Positions 34,021-48,452 of a DNA stretch of 64,000 nucleotides are shown here, one piece after another. The translations under genes and the position numbers were made by a program. A model generated the notes under the pieces. It saw nothing but the letters and a program-made list of their open reading frames with translations, searched no databases and had not been told where the DNA came from. The stretch comes from Leucoraja ocellata. Lineage: Eukaryota. Position 1 is the stretch's first letter; each line of letters opens with the position of its first letter. The stretch lies in assembly GCA_036785375.1 (NCBI GenBank), contig JAWMAR010000256.1:434001-498000 (forward strand). The letters run 5' to 3'.

Positions 34021-36759
34021 AGGACAATATGATTATTCAGTTTCCATGAGGCAGCGCGCTAAAAGGAACCATTTAAAATCTTCATCAGTCGTGTCTGTTT
34101 TTCATTTAACTATAAATAATTTTGACCTATTTAATTTAATTTGTACTGAACTCCCCCTTGACCTTTTAACTTGCTTATATACACAAGTTCGCAAGGGTGT
34201 TTATTAGGTACAATATGGGATTGTGATTAGCTGGTGTGTTCCTACTTAGGTCTTGAGCGTGGGTTAAAATAAGCAACATGAAATAATGGTTTAGACCCTA
34301 AATCCAAACGATTTTGGCCGATGCAGCTAAGCACTGCTGACTAAACATAAAGAGCAAGCGCACAGATGTAGCACAGAAGAACATCAAAGGATTTGTGTTT
34401 GAACTTAGCCCACTGGATGCACCATTTAATAAAGACAGGGGTTGGACTTGGTACATATCTGCTTTTTAATGTTCCACCAACAACAGTACTGTAATCCAAA
34501 TGTTGAGAGAACTATATTCCTCGAATAAAATCATTTTTCATTCTGGAAATTTTAGGTTGACTTGAGTTAAATTGGTCATGTAGTCAACATGCCAAAATTA
34601 CCAAACGTTTTATGTGATTCCAATTGAAAGACAATATTTAATCATCAACTTTGTGGCAGTAGTTAGAACCAAAGATATGTCAAATTTGAGATGTGAGTGG
34701 ACCAGATGCCACAGGAAACAATTCAGCACCATTCATGGTGCTCAGGTGGGGGTGGGGTATTTGTACATTTAGGAAGACTGAATGGAGAAGAAAATGAGCT
34801 CTGGCAGTAACTGGAGGAAGTATTGTTTGGTTTCCTTTACTGGAGTTAATGTTTCACTGGTGGATAAAGAGAGGATACCAGCTGTCTGCTGCTCTGCAAA
34901 TCTCAAATAGATCACACTTTGGGTGTGCAAAGCTCTCCAGATACATTTTGCAAATGGCAGTCATAGCAAGTGTTGCAGGTGACAGCACATGGTCAGTCCC
35001 TATGGTGCACCATGCCTATGGCAAACATCCAGTACCCAACTATTCAACTTACAGCACTTGCTTTATAGCTTTCAATGTCTTGGTGATTCAAGTTGAGGAC
35101 CCAGGCATACTATGCTGATCCAATTGACACACAACTCACATTGATAAACTTTGTAGTTTCTTGCTGACTCTTCCATTCTACCCTAGCAGGCTTTACCTGT
35201 TCATTATTATTTCTCTGGGTCAGTTGACTCTCAGAATGTTCTTTGAGTCCTGACTGGTTCTCCGATCAGGTTAAAATGTACAATGTCTCACTGATTCAAG
35301 TGATCACCCCTGCTCCCAAGTGTTGAAATAGAGGCAGAGTGATGAAGCCCAAAGGTTTTATCTCCTGCTTAGCATGGCAAAGGTGGTTGAAATCATATCC
35401 TTAAGCATGGAATTACTGACAATTTAACTTCAGCATGAAGTAACTTCAATTTAGTTTTGGCCATGGTATCTCTAGAGTGAATTTGCATTGGACTTCACTC
35501 TCAAGTCCCTAGATCAAAGTTACACTGTACATAATTGGTTCTTGCAGTATACATGGACAATTAAACTGGTAATGATTGTACCAGTGTAAGCATCCTGAAA
35601 TATTCTTATATGAGGTTGCTAACAATTTAGTATTACAATTATTGAGTACTCATTTATATTTTGAATAATGATAAACTTTTAGGAACTGGTACATTTCACA
35701 GGCTTGTACCATTGTTCAGGTAATCGCAGCGATAATATTATTCAACAGGTTAGTGAGGCTTGCAACTTTCAGTGTAACAGAGGGTAGAGTTTCCAATTTG
35801 GATTGAAATCCCTGACTCAGATGTAGAGTAATGCTGGTTTTTGTAAGTAATTTTTCCCCCAAATTCTGAACAAACTCCTTTGAATACAGAATCTGCCATG
35901 AATCACCAAATTGGACTGTTTGCATTAAAAAATATTACTCAGTTTGCACAGGTTAACGGTAAAATTTGGATAATACAAAACCAAACCGCTCAGTCTGATT
36001 AGTCCAACTACAAAATAAAACAAATTAAAACATTTTAAATAAAAATACTGATAATTACATTTTGAAACAATATTCAAACACTTGCTTGTTATAAAGCAAG
36101 TATTTACAAAACGGAAACCTCAGAATGGTGATTAATTTAGTCTGAGGATGTAGCTAGTTTATATTACACAGGGCCATCTTGTGCAGTAGTTTTTAATCTA
36201 TGAATAAGATTGCTGAAACTCAACATGAAATATATGTAATTTGTGCTGGAAATTCTGAAATATTTTAAAGCAGTCTGGACAATTTCTTGCAAGCTGCACT
36301 CAAATAAACAGTGCAATCTAGCACAAACTGCTATACTGTGCCCGACACATGGCCCAATATCACCAAGGACATAAGGGGTGCACTTAATGTGGCTCAGTTT
36401 GCAGTCATATTTCAACACTGGTACATACCCCTGCTCCCACCCATAATGTGTACAGAAACCAGTAGTACTAATAGGAATAGAATAAACACTTTGATGTCCC
36501 TAGGGTTTCCAGGAATGATTACGAGGTGTAACAAAGGGAACATCTGGCAGTGCTTCATCTACCAGATCTCTGTGGAATTAATACCATGCATGCATTTCTG
36601 GGTAGAAAACTAATTAGATTAAGAACTCCCACCTGGAAAAATGATGCTTAACTTAACCTTTCAGGAGCATCATCTGATTGTTTTGGCAACTTATTTTTTC
36701 ACTCTTCAGTTCCAATTCTGCCACCAAAGGATTTCCCAGTGGAACTCCCCACAGATGGA

Positions 36760-37230
36760 AATTTTGGAGCAAAGTGACAAATGGGAGTATGTCGAGTGTC
36801 AGAGGTTTTTTGTACCTGGTCCTCAGTATCCCCATGCCCTTCTGCTACCAGCAGTGAGCAGCGCGTCTTGCCTTGGCAGAGAATCAGTGCGTGCAGAAAC
36901 TTAAATTTCCAAAGGAGTCTGTGATGCCAGATGCAATGGCACAAATATGCCTTGTGAAGGTGTGACTGGCTAATGCAGCACAGTCCCTGGAAAGGTCCCA
37001 ATCACAGTATGTCAATCTTTAAGTGATATCGTAAGCATGATGTTATGCCAGGGGACTCCACAGACAGCTTAAATTGACAGACCAGGTGCACACAGTGCAG
37101 TGATCTGCAGACACTGGCATCCCCACCTGGCAAAAACTATGGGATATTGCCATTACAGGTTCTGGGTCAGCAGAAGGCCAGATGCACAGCTGTGCTATTT
37201 TCTCCAGCGGATCCCAGCAGGTACCAAGCT
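36760..37230 (-). mobile_element. Possible Tx1/L1-clade ORF2 C-terminal remnant
   Basis: Reverse strand gggacctttccagggac (G.FPG)...gactcctttggaaa resembles Tx1 ends; weak. Confidence 0.35.
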
Positions 37231-38554
37231 TAAAAAGTAGTTAACAATTCCTCAGGAATACTAACTGATTTATCCACCTTTTTGTAAAAAGAAGGCAGGA
37301 AGATGAATGGTGCAATAAAAAAAAAAACAGGAAAGAAAGCAAACCAAATAAAACAATTTAAACAAAAGGAGTGATTAATTCAACAGCAAAAGTAGGAAAA
37401 GTAATACTGAGTTCTGCATGATTTCTAACGCACTAAACTTTTGCATATGTAAAGAAAGGCATGGCAATGAAAATATAAATTGAAGAGAGATTGACAGGGA
37501 AATGTCTGCATGCGGCACATGGTTGAGATTTTCTAATTTTGAGATTGTCAGTATGCAATTTTCTAATGTAAAGGAACAGAAAATTATGTGCTGATGTGTA
37601 CAGGGCTCGTTGTTAAAAGACTTTGACCCCATGTGTTATTTTTGAATGTGTCTAAAATAAAGTACAGATGGGACACATGCACCTAGTTCTAATGTTTGTT
37701 CACGTCTGGCATAAATCCATCACTGTAAACTTGGCTCTTGTTAAGTAAGTTGTGCAGTACTGGGCCATTCAAATATCTGCTTGATCTTGGTAAAGATAAG
37801 CATAATATATATGGACTATTAGCTGATAATTTTACATTTATTGCTGATGAAGGATGTGCAAAAATTGGTTAAAAGTGAAAAATATAATTTCTTCATTGAC
37901 AAATTCAAATTGAATCAGGCAGGATGTGTGCAACATCCGACATGCTAAGTGAAATTGAAGGGTGCAAATATTATATACAAGGGAAAGATGAGGCTCAAAT
38001 GTTGATGGCAAAAGTTCAATGTATCAGCACAGTAACAAATTAGTAAAAGGTGTACCCAATTAATTGTGTATTCTTCCTTGATTTACTATTTACATTATGC
38101 TGAGTTGCTGAAAAAAGAATAAAGAGTCAACCTAAGCTTGTGTAGCACCTTTGATGAACAAACAAGGTCCAGGAGACAATGAATTCAAAAGTCTTGCTCT
38201 TCAGACACTATTTCTCTGGACTGATAAAGGCCGTGCTGGAGAGAGAAAATACATGTTTCTGATCTGCATTTCATACTCGTGATCCATTGAACAATAATGA
38301 TCTTTGCTCCTCTGCAACATGGGCTACTACCACAGATGCCTTTAGGCACACGAATGCTACCACCAACACTGCTTCCACAGAATCCTCCACTGGTGTTGGT
38401 TCAGATGGCTTACCCTATCTTATCCTTGGAGGATAAGATAATGTAAGATAAGTGAAACAGCAACAGGTTTCCTATCCGAAGCCAACATCTACACCATTCA
38501 GACTCCCAGTAGCTTTCTGTCAGCTACTTCGTACAGGCCATTACATAGAAAGTA

Positions 38555-38803
38555 ACATAGAACATAGTTCCAGGAGTAGGCCATTCAGCCCTTCGAGCCA
38601 GCATCACCATTCAATATGATCACGGCTAATCATCCAGAATCAGTACCCTGTTCCTGCTTTTTCCCCATATCCCTTGATTACATTAGCTCTAAGAGTTATA
38701 TCTAACTCACTCTTGAATACATCCAGTGGATTGGCTTCCACTGCCTTCTGTGCCAGAAAACTCTACAGGTTCACAACTTTCTGGGTGAAAACGTTTTTCC
38801 TCA
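38555..38803 (-). mobile_element. CR1 3' end
   Basis: acatagaa tail; ggagtaggccattcagcccttcgagcc. Confidence 0.82.
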
Positions 38804-38929
38804 CTGCCATTTGCATTCACTTCATTACACTGCCAAAACAGATACTCAATTCCAAGCTCTTTGTGGGAAGAGATTACCAGGTGCGCAAGAGAAAATATTC
38901 AAGGTTGGGTTCAACGCCTCCTTGAATGA

Positions 38930-39145
38930 AACACAACATCTCCACTAACTCTTGGGAATCGCTCATACATGACTGTCAAAATGGAAAGGCAGCATTTGAG
39001 ATGGAGTAGAAAACCTCAAGTCCATGTGTCAGGAGTGCATTGAAGACCTGTAGAAACAGCAAGAGTGCATCACTTGGCAATCTATGCACTTGCCTGCCCC
39101 TTTGTGATGTGGTCTGTGCTTCCCACATTGGCCTCATCAGGCATA
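38930..39145 (+). mobile_element. Possible RTE-clade 3' remnant
   Basis: tgcccctttgtgatgtggtctgtgcttcccacattggcctcatcagg (C..C..VCASHIGLI.H-like terminal motif). Confidence 0.45.
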
Positions 39146-39402
39146 GTTTTAAGGTGAGAGGTACATGAAGGGCAAGTTTTTCCACAGAGGGTAGTGTGTA
39201 CATGAAATGAGCTGCTGGTGGAAGTGGCAGAGGCAGGTACAATTACAATGGTTAAAATATATTTGGACAGGCACATGGATGAGAAAGGTTTAGAGGGACA
39301 TGAGCCTAATACAGACAATTGGGACTAACTGAGGGAGACACCTAGGTGGGTATGGATGAGTTGGGTCAAATGACCTGTTCACACATTGTATGACTCTATG
39401 AA
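39146..39402 (+). mobile_element. CR1 3' end
   Basis: ttttaaggtgagagg...ttggacaggcacatggat...tatgactctatga. Confidence 0.82.
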
Positions 39403-40203
39403 TCAATTACCTCAGAATATACAAAGCCAGATAGGAAACAGATCTTTGTCGATCCCAAGGCTTTGGCTAAAAAGGAGCTCAAAATGATATCCAGGTCTTG
39501 TCCAATATCCTGCTTCCATTTGACGACTCATTATCATTTTCTTCCACCCAGGCTCTGAAGAAATTAGAGACTATTAATTTTATTCCATTTGAATCAACAA
39601 AGTATAATTACTCATTTAAAATATAATTTTATAAACAGGAATCAAAACCATGAGCATTCCTTAACTTGTTTTTGATAACTAGTATGTTTTGTTTATTTAT
39701 ATTCCAACATAATAATTATAAGCTTTAACGGGAGATTAAATAGAATTACTGTCAATGATGATACAGTTTATTTTACTTAAACTAATATTATAATTTTGCA
39801 AGAACTATCTCAAACAACCTGATCTTTCTTTCTGATCTAAGATTAATTAATTTGGGACTTGATTTGGGATTAACTTTATTATAAAGACATCAAGGTGCGC
39901 ACTCTAAAATGTAAAGGCAAACGGAAATGTTAATAATATACAAAGAGGATATAAGTTTGTAAAAAAAATGGAAAAGTGGAGACAAAATGAACTTGTCAGA
40001 TATGATTGAGGAATAACAACATAAATGTTGCAAAACTTTAGAAACAATTCTGAGCTATTATGCACCATTTATTATATCAAGTATCTGATAGACTCTCAGA
40101 TCACATGATGTACTATTGTTTAATAATACTTTAAACTATTCCTACAAATCAACAATTGCCTGCACTATTTTTTTCATTAAATTGGGATTGTCTCAATCTT
40201 TGT

Positions 40204-40315
40204 GTAGGAAGAAACTGCAGATGCTGGTTTAAACTGAAGGTAGACTCAAAAACCTGGAGTAACTGGTGACGTTTTGGGTCGATACCCTACTCCAATTTTG
40301 TGTCTATCTTCTTAC
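40204..40315. mobile_element. Penelope-derived insert with 12-bp flanking duplication
   Basis: ctcaatctttgt at 40192-40203 and 40316-40327. Confidence 0.78.
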
Positions 40316-41893
40316 CTCAATCTTTGTCAGATTCTATATCATTCAATTTGCTGATTGGGAAATTGGTATCTTAGCACAGTCGGTAGCCATTAGCAAATGC
40401 CTTGATTCTCGTGTTCTTAAAGAAAATCGAGATCCCACAAGGGATAGACTTCAAAATCCCTAGTTTTATTCATAACTGGACATAGTAATGAAATATGAAA
40501 CATTTAACTTATCATTCCGCAAGAGGATAAAGATGGCAGAGGGACGGGAATCACAGCATGTAGACACCATTGTATTGTTATTATTTCCCTCAATTCAGAA
40601 AGACTACACAAAGGAATGAGTGCCTGGTGTCCTGCTACACTGTTATTCTGGGAAGTTGATCTCTGTTGGTTGATGAGGGGATGGTTGGCAATGATTAACT
40701 AACAGCATGAAGCTCTTAAGGTCAACTTTAGCTTGCCAGGAAGTGCTTAAGCTTAAGTAGGAATGTGGTCACAACAGGAATCAATGACTGAAATGGCTAA
40801 GACCAACAAACTGGCAAATGTTTTATGAGAGCGCAAAATAAATGTACAAAGAAAATCTCACTGGAATTCATTACGCAAGTCAATTTTACCTAGACCAAGA
40901 ATGGAATTATCATCTGTGCATCCATTTTTTTTTTAATCGTTGACACATGTCACTACCCTCCTACCTGGTACACTAACTTCCATGTGCCACAGGAGATTTG
41001 CATTAATTGTAATTATTTCGTAAAGATGCTGCAATGTAAAGAAAGACGTTAACATAACAAAAATCAGCTTGAAGTCCTTTCAGTGTCCATCACATCTGTA
41101 TATCGCTTAATATATTTAAAATCATTTTGACAGTTGGCCTCAGAAGTGAAAAACTGTGATTTTTGTGTCTCATCATATTAATAGTGGATTTAAGAAAGTT
41201 CTTGAGGACCTTCTAAAGCAATCAACATGAGAGAACGAGGTCACTTGACATTTTGTAGACCTATTTCCTCCTCGCCATAGTCAGATTCTAGGCAGTATTA
41301 TGCCCAGGAGGTGCAAAATTAAAGAACTTTATTAGTGCATGTATCATTGAATATGCTAGAGAATGTTGATAGGAGAGATAAAATTGATCTTTGAGACACT
41401 TGCCTTATAACCACAGCTACACACGTAAAACAGGTGTGTAGGAAGGAACTGTAGATGCTGGTTTTTACCAAAGATAGAAACAGAATGCTCAGCCGGTCAG
41501 GCGGCATCTCTGGAGAAAAAGAATAGGTGATGTTTGGGGTCTGAACCCTCAACTTTGGACTTTGGCTGGAGGATAGCGTACACTTGATTTTAACCATGTT
41601 CTGAGGTCCCCACCAGCTTTAAAAGGATACCCGTAATACCGATGTCCAAGAAGAGCAAAGTGATAGACCAAAAATCACCAAATGGTGGCACTCAGGTCTA
41701 TTGTGATTGAAGTACATCAAGAAGTAGGTTGTGATGCATATCAACTCCAGTCTTCGTATGGACCAAGACCCACTCCAATTTGCTGACTGCCTCAATGGAT
41801 TAACAGCAGATGCAATCTTTCTGGCTCTCCATTCTGCACTGGACCACTTGGACTATAGGAATAAGCACACCAGACTGTTGTTCATTGACTACA

Positions 41894-41981
41894 TATAGAC
41901 ACAAATTGCTGGAGTAACTCAGTAGGACAGGCAGCATCTCTGGAGAGAAGAAATGGGTGACATTTCTGGTCGAGACCCTTC
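41894..41981 (-). mobile_element. Penelope-derived insert with 13-bp duplication splitting the Rex1 FIDY motif
   Basis: ttcattgactaca at 41881-41893 and 41982-41994. Confidence 0.88.
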
Positions 41982-42868
41982 TTCATTGACTACAGCTGAA
42001 CATTCAATACCATCATCTTCTAAACTCATCAAGTTCATGGAACTGGGTATCTATTTATCCCTATGCAACTGGATCCTTGACTTCCTATCAGCGGACCTCA
42101 AGCAGTATGAATTCTCATCAACACTACTTACTCACTGACTATTAGTATAGGGACACCTCAAGGTTATGTGCTTAGTTCCCTGCTCTACTCTTTCTAGGTC
42201 CATGATGTGTAGCCAAACACAGCTGCAACACCATCTTTAAGTTTGTTGACAATACTACCATTGTTGAATGAATAATAGGTAACAAATCAGGGTACAGGAG
42301 GACGATTGATCATCAGGTTAAGTACTATCAGAATAGCAATGTTGCTCTCAATGCCAGCAAGACCGAGGAGCTGAGCAGAAAGGGAAAGCAGAGGGTCCAT
42401 GAACCTGTCTCTATCAGCAGGGTATTGATGGAAAGAGTCAACATCTTTAAGTTCCTCTACTTGCATATCTCTATCCTGGGCTCAGTACAATGATACATTT
42501 ACATAGATAGGTCATCCATACCTCTATTTCCTCAAAGGTTTGTGGAGATTCAGCCTGTCGCTGAATACTCTAACAAACATTTACGGGTGTATGATGAAGA
42601 ACATATTGACTTTTTGCATCACAGCCTGGTTTGGCAACTTGAACACCAAGGATCACAGAGACTACATAAAATGGTGAACATTGCCCAGACCATCACAGAT
42701 ATTGACCTATCCACTATTGAAGGGATCTATAGGAAGCCCTGCCTCAAGAAAGGAGCATAATATCATCAAAGACGCACACTACCCCAACCATGCTCTCATC
42801 TCACAGCTAACATCAGGAAGAAGATACATACAGATATTATGGTCTGATCACCTGGTATAACAGATAAT

Positions 42869-42917
42869 CGCTCCATAGATGCTGCTGCACCCGCTGAGTT
42901 TCTCCAGCATTTTTGTG
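42869..42917 (+). mobile_element. 49-bp Penelope-derived insert with 11-bp duplication
   Basis: taacagataat at 42858-42868 and 42918-42928. Confidence 0.8.
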
Positions 42918-43269
42918 TAACAGATAATTTGTTGCATTATTGTTTATCGTATAAGTATTTGTAATGTTGATACGTTAATATTCCCTCCAGCGAGTAAGAA
43001 TTTTTTATTGTTCTGGTGCCAATGAATATGACAGCAAAATATTTGTGATCCTTGGAAAGGTATTGAAATTTTCAAGAAATAATAACAGAAATTATAGTTT
43101 TAGTTACATAAGATATTGGAAAACATAGAGATGGAGATGGTTGAGGTCCTGTGGTCAATGTTCATAGTAAAAATATAAATTATTTATAATGCCGGACAGT
43201 AGTGCGGATAGAAACAATAATCTAGAGCAAAATAACGAACCACTCAGAAAAATATGAACTAATGAAGGA

Positions 43270-44720
43270 TTGAAAGGTTAGATTTGTTCAGGGTAAATCC
43301 TGTTGGACTAACTTGACTGAGTTTTTCTGAACAAAATAACTTAGAAAGCGGATGGAGGTGTTGATGTGCATATGCATGGGGAATTTTGTGTTTAATAAAT
43401 TGGGTGCTTGAGAGAATAATGCATTGCAGCGTTCATAGCAAAATGAAAGTCCATGGGTTAGAAAAAATTGTAGCAGCAGTGAGGCAAAATTGATAGAGGG
43501 GCGGAAAGAGGTTTGTAGTGAATTGGTATTTTCAAACATAATGGAGATCTATATAATGTCCTTAAGCTACAACTGTATTGGATATGCATTAATGATTTGG
43601 ACGTTGCACACAACACAGTCAAAATAAGCAAATGACACAAAATGATTTGAATATAATAGTCACTGAGGATTATGAGAATAAACAGAATAAAGTACTCGGT
43701 AATTGTCAGACACATACATGGTAGTTGAAATTCAGATCAGTTTAGTTTATTGTCTCGTGTACTGAGGTACAGGGAAAAGGTTTTGTTGCGTGCTATCCAG
43801 TCATCAGAAAGACAATACATGATTACAATTCAGCCATTTACAGAGTATAAATACACGATAAGGAAATAATGTTTAGTGCAAGGTAAAGCCAGCAAAGTCC
43901 GATCAAGGATGGTCCAAGGGTCGCTAAAGAGGTAGGTAGTAGTTCAGCACTGCTCTCTGGTTAGGTCATAAGTGATAGGAGCAGAATTAGGCCATTCGGC
44001 CCATCAAGTCTACTCCACCATTCAATAATGGCTGATGTATCTCTTTGTCCTAACCCCATTCCCCTGCCTTCTCCCCATAACCCCTGACACCCGTACTAAT
44101 AAAAAATCTATCAATTTCTGCCTTAAAAATATTCATTGACGGCCTCCACTGCCTTCTCTGGCAAAGAATTTCATAGATTCACCACCCTTGACTAAATAAA
44201 TTTTACTCATCTCCTTCCTAACGGAACGTCCTTTAATTTTGAGGCTATGACCTCTCGTCAAAGACTCTCCCACTAGTGGAGAGATCCTCTCCTCATCCAC
44301 TCTATCCAAGATGGTTGTGGTAGGATGATTCAGTTGCTTGATAACAGCTGGGAAGAAACTATCCCTGAATCCGGAGGTGTACGTTTTCACACTTCTATAC
44401 ATTTAGCAAATGCTAGTTTACACCAAAGATAGACACAAAATGCTGGAGAACTCAGCAGGTCAGGCAGCATCTCAATGAGGCTAATGAAGGGTCTCGACCC
44501 AAAACATCACCTATTCCTTTTCTCCAGAGATACTTCCTGAACTACTGAGCTACTCCAGCATTTTGTGTCAAACTTGAAAAAAATTGTTTTATCATCTAAA
44601 TGCTGAGAGACTCAAACAAAGTGTAGCGAATGCACTCCTTGATTTTTTTTATGGCAAGCAGATATATTCTGGATAAGCAATGGTGTGAAAGATTATGGAG
44701 CATGAGTGAGAACGATGTAG
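43270..44720. mobile_element. Nested cluster: old CR1(+) > Rex1-type 3' end(-) 43735-44400 > CR1 3' end(-) 43965-44308; Penelope-derived pair 44410-44572
   Basis: The Rex text breaks at ctctctggtt and resumes at tggttgtggtaggatgattcag, as in the uninterrupted copy at 48060-48100. Confidence 0.78.
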
Positions 44721-44859
44721 CAAACTCAAGGGCAAGTAACCTATTCTTTCTCCCAATTCGTATTTTCTTATTGCATTACCCCCATTCTTATGTAGATTGT
44801 CCCATGTTAACTAGAAAATGATAAAAGAGAAACTAATTATTTGATGATTGCAATTGAGT

Positions 44860-45120
44860 GCATGGGATCACATGGCACTATTTCAGTCAAGAACAAGGAA
44901 ATTGCCCCTTGTGCCTTGGATAATATTTATCTCCCAATCAATGTCTTCAAGCAATGTTTACGTGGCTATTATCACTTCACTCTTTATGGGATCCATCTGC
45001 TTTTAAATTGGCTTTTGCATTTCCCACAATACAGTAAACCAGCAAGGCATTTTATTACCAATGACGTACTTTTGGACATTGTAAATTTGTGTGAGGGACT
45101 TTGTAACTGCAATTGTTTCA
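44860..45120 (+). mobile_element. SacSINE1 Deu-domain/3' remnant
   Basis: gatcacatggcactatttcag..gaacaagg..aatatttatctcccaatcaa..attatcac. Confidence 0.65.
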
Positions 45121-47209
45121 ACAAGGAATTTGGGTGCATAATCTTATACTGGGAAGTTGGCATCAGCGGGATGCAATGTTAAACCATTGCTGACATTGAC
45201 ACTCAAGTATCATAACACAGGATTCATTTCATCCCATCAGACCATGCCAGAAATTCTATGTGCCTTTCTCTGTGGCCTGTCAGCCTATGGTTTTTCACAA
45301 GCCCATCACTCTGATTCTTATGTCACTCACCTGCACCAGAAATAATTTAGTGACTAATTAACTACCATTTTATCTTTGAGAAATAAAAAAATCCTTTAAC
45401 ACCCATTGGTGACTATGAGTGAATTATCCTTATGTTCTAATGAACATACAGCTCCCAAATAAAGTCACCAAAAGCAAATTACCTGAACATCCACTCATTT
45501 CTTTCATCATGTCGCATTTCTGTGCATAAAGTAGCTACCAAATACATCTGCAGGATTGTGCCTTTTACCTCAAAAATACATTGTTTGCTATAAAATACTT
45601 GAGGACACAATCAGGCACCATAGAAATGTTTATATTTCCACTATTTCCTCTTACTGTGAAGCTCGTTTACACAAGAAACTGTATGTAAATATATATTCTT
45701 GGTGTTCTCTAGTTTTTAATCAAAATGTAATTGCAATACTTTTGCAACTGATTAGAAGGTACACTGATGTACATAGCATTATGTTCAAACAGAGTTTGCA
45801 GTTGGGGGAGATTGCTGCCTCTCAACAGGAAATCATTTTTGCCTAACATGTAGACTAGTAATAACAAAGTACCCATCTCACCAAATAATGATGCACATCG
45901 GAAAGCAGCAGCCTTTAATCCAACAGCAGGGTTTTGATTTGGTAAAAAAAAATGACCACATGACTTATGTGTGTAATGGCTTCGTTGAAATTGCAACACT
46001 TTTTCAACTGGCCTTTGGAAAATATTACACATAGCAAGGAACCAGAGTCCATGCTTGTACGTTCCAGCATCTTTAGCCTAGGATTATAGATTGTCTCTGT
46101 AATAATCTTAAATTGATGGATCACTGCTCTTTCCAGTTGTGCTTGACAAGGAATAGCTTTGGCATTTCCTTTCCACTTCTTTTATGTTATTAAATTTATA
46201 TTACTTTTCTGTCTGTTGCCAAAAGACTAATGGGTGTACAAAGCCTTCTTCTGTAAAGATGAATTCTTGCTTAGTGCTATTAAGCCATAATTTTTTAAGA
46301 AGCAGCATCCTGTTTGTGTTTAATTTGGCATGTTTTATTTGGGATTCAAATACAGTTTATTACTGAACTCTCTACATATTTTATCTTTGACAAATTATTT
46401 TGTTTCTGTCTTGTATATCTATCTCATTCCAATGTTAAAGCATGCCAGTAATGTAATCTAGTTGATTTGTGCAAGTTTTATTTTCGTTACATTTTTATTT
46501 AAATGCATACTGAAGCATCAGTAAGTTTATTTCTCATTCCTGTTTTAACTCTGAAGGACTGCTAGTTATTAAAACATGCTGCTTAATATTTATCAAATAT
46601 CCAATTGGATTCCATTTCTTTGTGCAATGCCAAACAATACATTACTACACCCTTCAAGGATACTGCAGTTGTACTAAGTGGTGAAGCCAAGTTGTTAACA
46701 TTGCCTCACCATTGTTGCAATTTCCTCTTTATAAGGTCATCAGCCACACGTGTTGATGATTGCAAAAATGTGAACCAGAAAGTAGCATGATACGTGCGAT
46801 CAGATTTATTTTTTTCGGGAAAAGCTGGAATTCCCAATGCAAAAACATAGTGAGAGTACTTTCCACAGGACTACTGCAGTTCAAGAAGCTGACTCACCAC
46901 TACCAATTCAAGGGCAAATATCTTGGGGCAAATAATGTCAACCTTGATACTGATGCTTACGTCTCCAGAAATAAATTGAAAATTAGTGTAGCAATTGATA
47001 ATGTAACATAAGTCAATGACCTGAAGCATATGTGTTGCAGGAAACGGTGTACAGATCAGCAAAGTCTATATAGTCAGAGAGCAGAGTCTATATAAAGAAA
47101 AGAAGGAACAGAAACTGCAGTAACTCCAACCTCAATTAAAATGGGTCCTTAATCCAGAAGAAAAAATGCAAAAGCGGAGAATAGTTATATCAAAAACAAG
47201 GAATCAGCA

Positions 47210-47502
47210 TTTAGACCTTAGAGATACAACATGGAAACAGACCCTTTGGCCCATGAAGTCCACGCTGACCAGCGATCACCCCATACACTAACACTATCCT
47301 ACATACGAGGGACAATTTACAATTTTACCGAATTAACCTACAAATCTGTATGTCTTTGGAGTGGGCGAGAAAACCGGAGCACCCGGTGAAGACCCACATG
47401 GTCACAGGGAGAACGTAAAAAACACTATACATAATCAGGATTGAACCTGGGTCTTTGGCGCTGTAAGGCAGCAATTCTACCACTGTGCCACTGTGCCACC
47501 CC
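47210..47502 (-). mobile_element. HE1/V-SINE
   Basis: Ends ggcgctgtaaggcagcaattctaccactgtgccactgtgccacccc. Confidence 0.85.
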
Positions 47503-47884
47503 CAATCATTTATGCAAGTGTTTTGTGTGACAAAAGAATTGCCTAAACATCTCCATTCTGTCTAGCTGCACCATGCCATTAAACATAATGAAAAATAAAA
47601 TCAGCTTGTCTGCTGACATCTTTGTCCACAAAATTTCCTATTTAAGGAAAGAGGTAAAATCATCGTGGGTGCCTACTTTCAAACATAGGCCCAAGGCTCC
47701 CATGTGAAAGTGAGGACATAGATCTGTGATGACCTCACGCGAAACATCCTGCAGACAACAATAACCAGATACGGACACGATCAAGAATGGTGACAGAAGA
47801 CAGCCACTACCCATGAAACTTTTGGAATTGTTGGGGGAAATTAATACATTTTCATGTATTTCTTTTGCAACCCAAGCTTTCATT

Positions 47885-48452
47885 TCAATTTAGTTTATTG
47901 TCACGGTAGGTACAGTGAAAAGCTTTTGTTGCGTGCTAACCAGTCAGCAGAATGACAAAACATGATTACAATTGAGCCAAGTGGCTTACATGATAAAGGA
48001 ATAACATTTAGTGCAATGTAAAGCCAGCAAAGTCCAAACAAGAATAGTCCAAGGGTCAACAATACTGCTCTGGTTGTAATTGGATGATTCAGTTGCCTGA
48101 TAACAGCTGGGAAGAAACTGTCCCTGAATCTGGTGGTGTGCATTTTCACACTTCTATATCTTTTGCCTGATGGGAGAGGGGAGCAGAGGGAGTGGCCAAG
48201 GTGCGACTCGTCCTTGACTATGCTGCTGACCTTGCCAATGCAGCGTGAGGTATAAATGAAGTCAATAGAAGGGTGATTAGTTTGTGTGATGGTCTGGGCT
48301 GGTCCATGTCTTGCTGTCATGGGTGGAGCTTTTTTCCAAACCAAGGTGTGATGCATAGTGATAAAATGGTTTCTGTGGTGCATCTGTAGAAGTTGGTGAG
48401 AGTTGTAGGGAAAATGCCAATCTTCCTAAGCTTTCTAATGAAGTAGAGGCGT
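47885..48452 (-). mobile_element. Rex1/Babar LINE 3' end
   Basis: ORFs 48317-48505 (RLYFIRKLRK..LTNFYRCT.E.IL..CIT.WFG) and 47901-48383 (LPSGKRYRS...TTRFRDSFFPAVIR). Confidence 0.88.

Larger units (their letters stand above)
41560..43040 (+). mobile_element. Degenerate Rex1/Babar LINE with two nested Penelope-derived inserts
   Basis: DPLQFA..., LFIDYS, LCNWILDFL, G.PQG.VLS.LLYS, IFKFVD.TTIV motifs. Confidence 0.82.
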
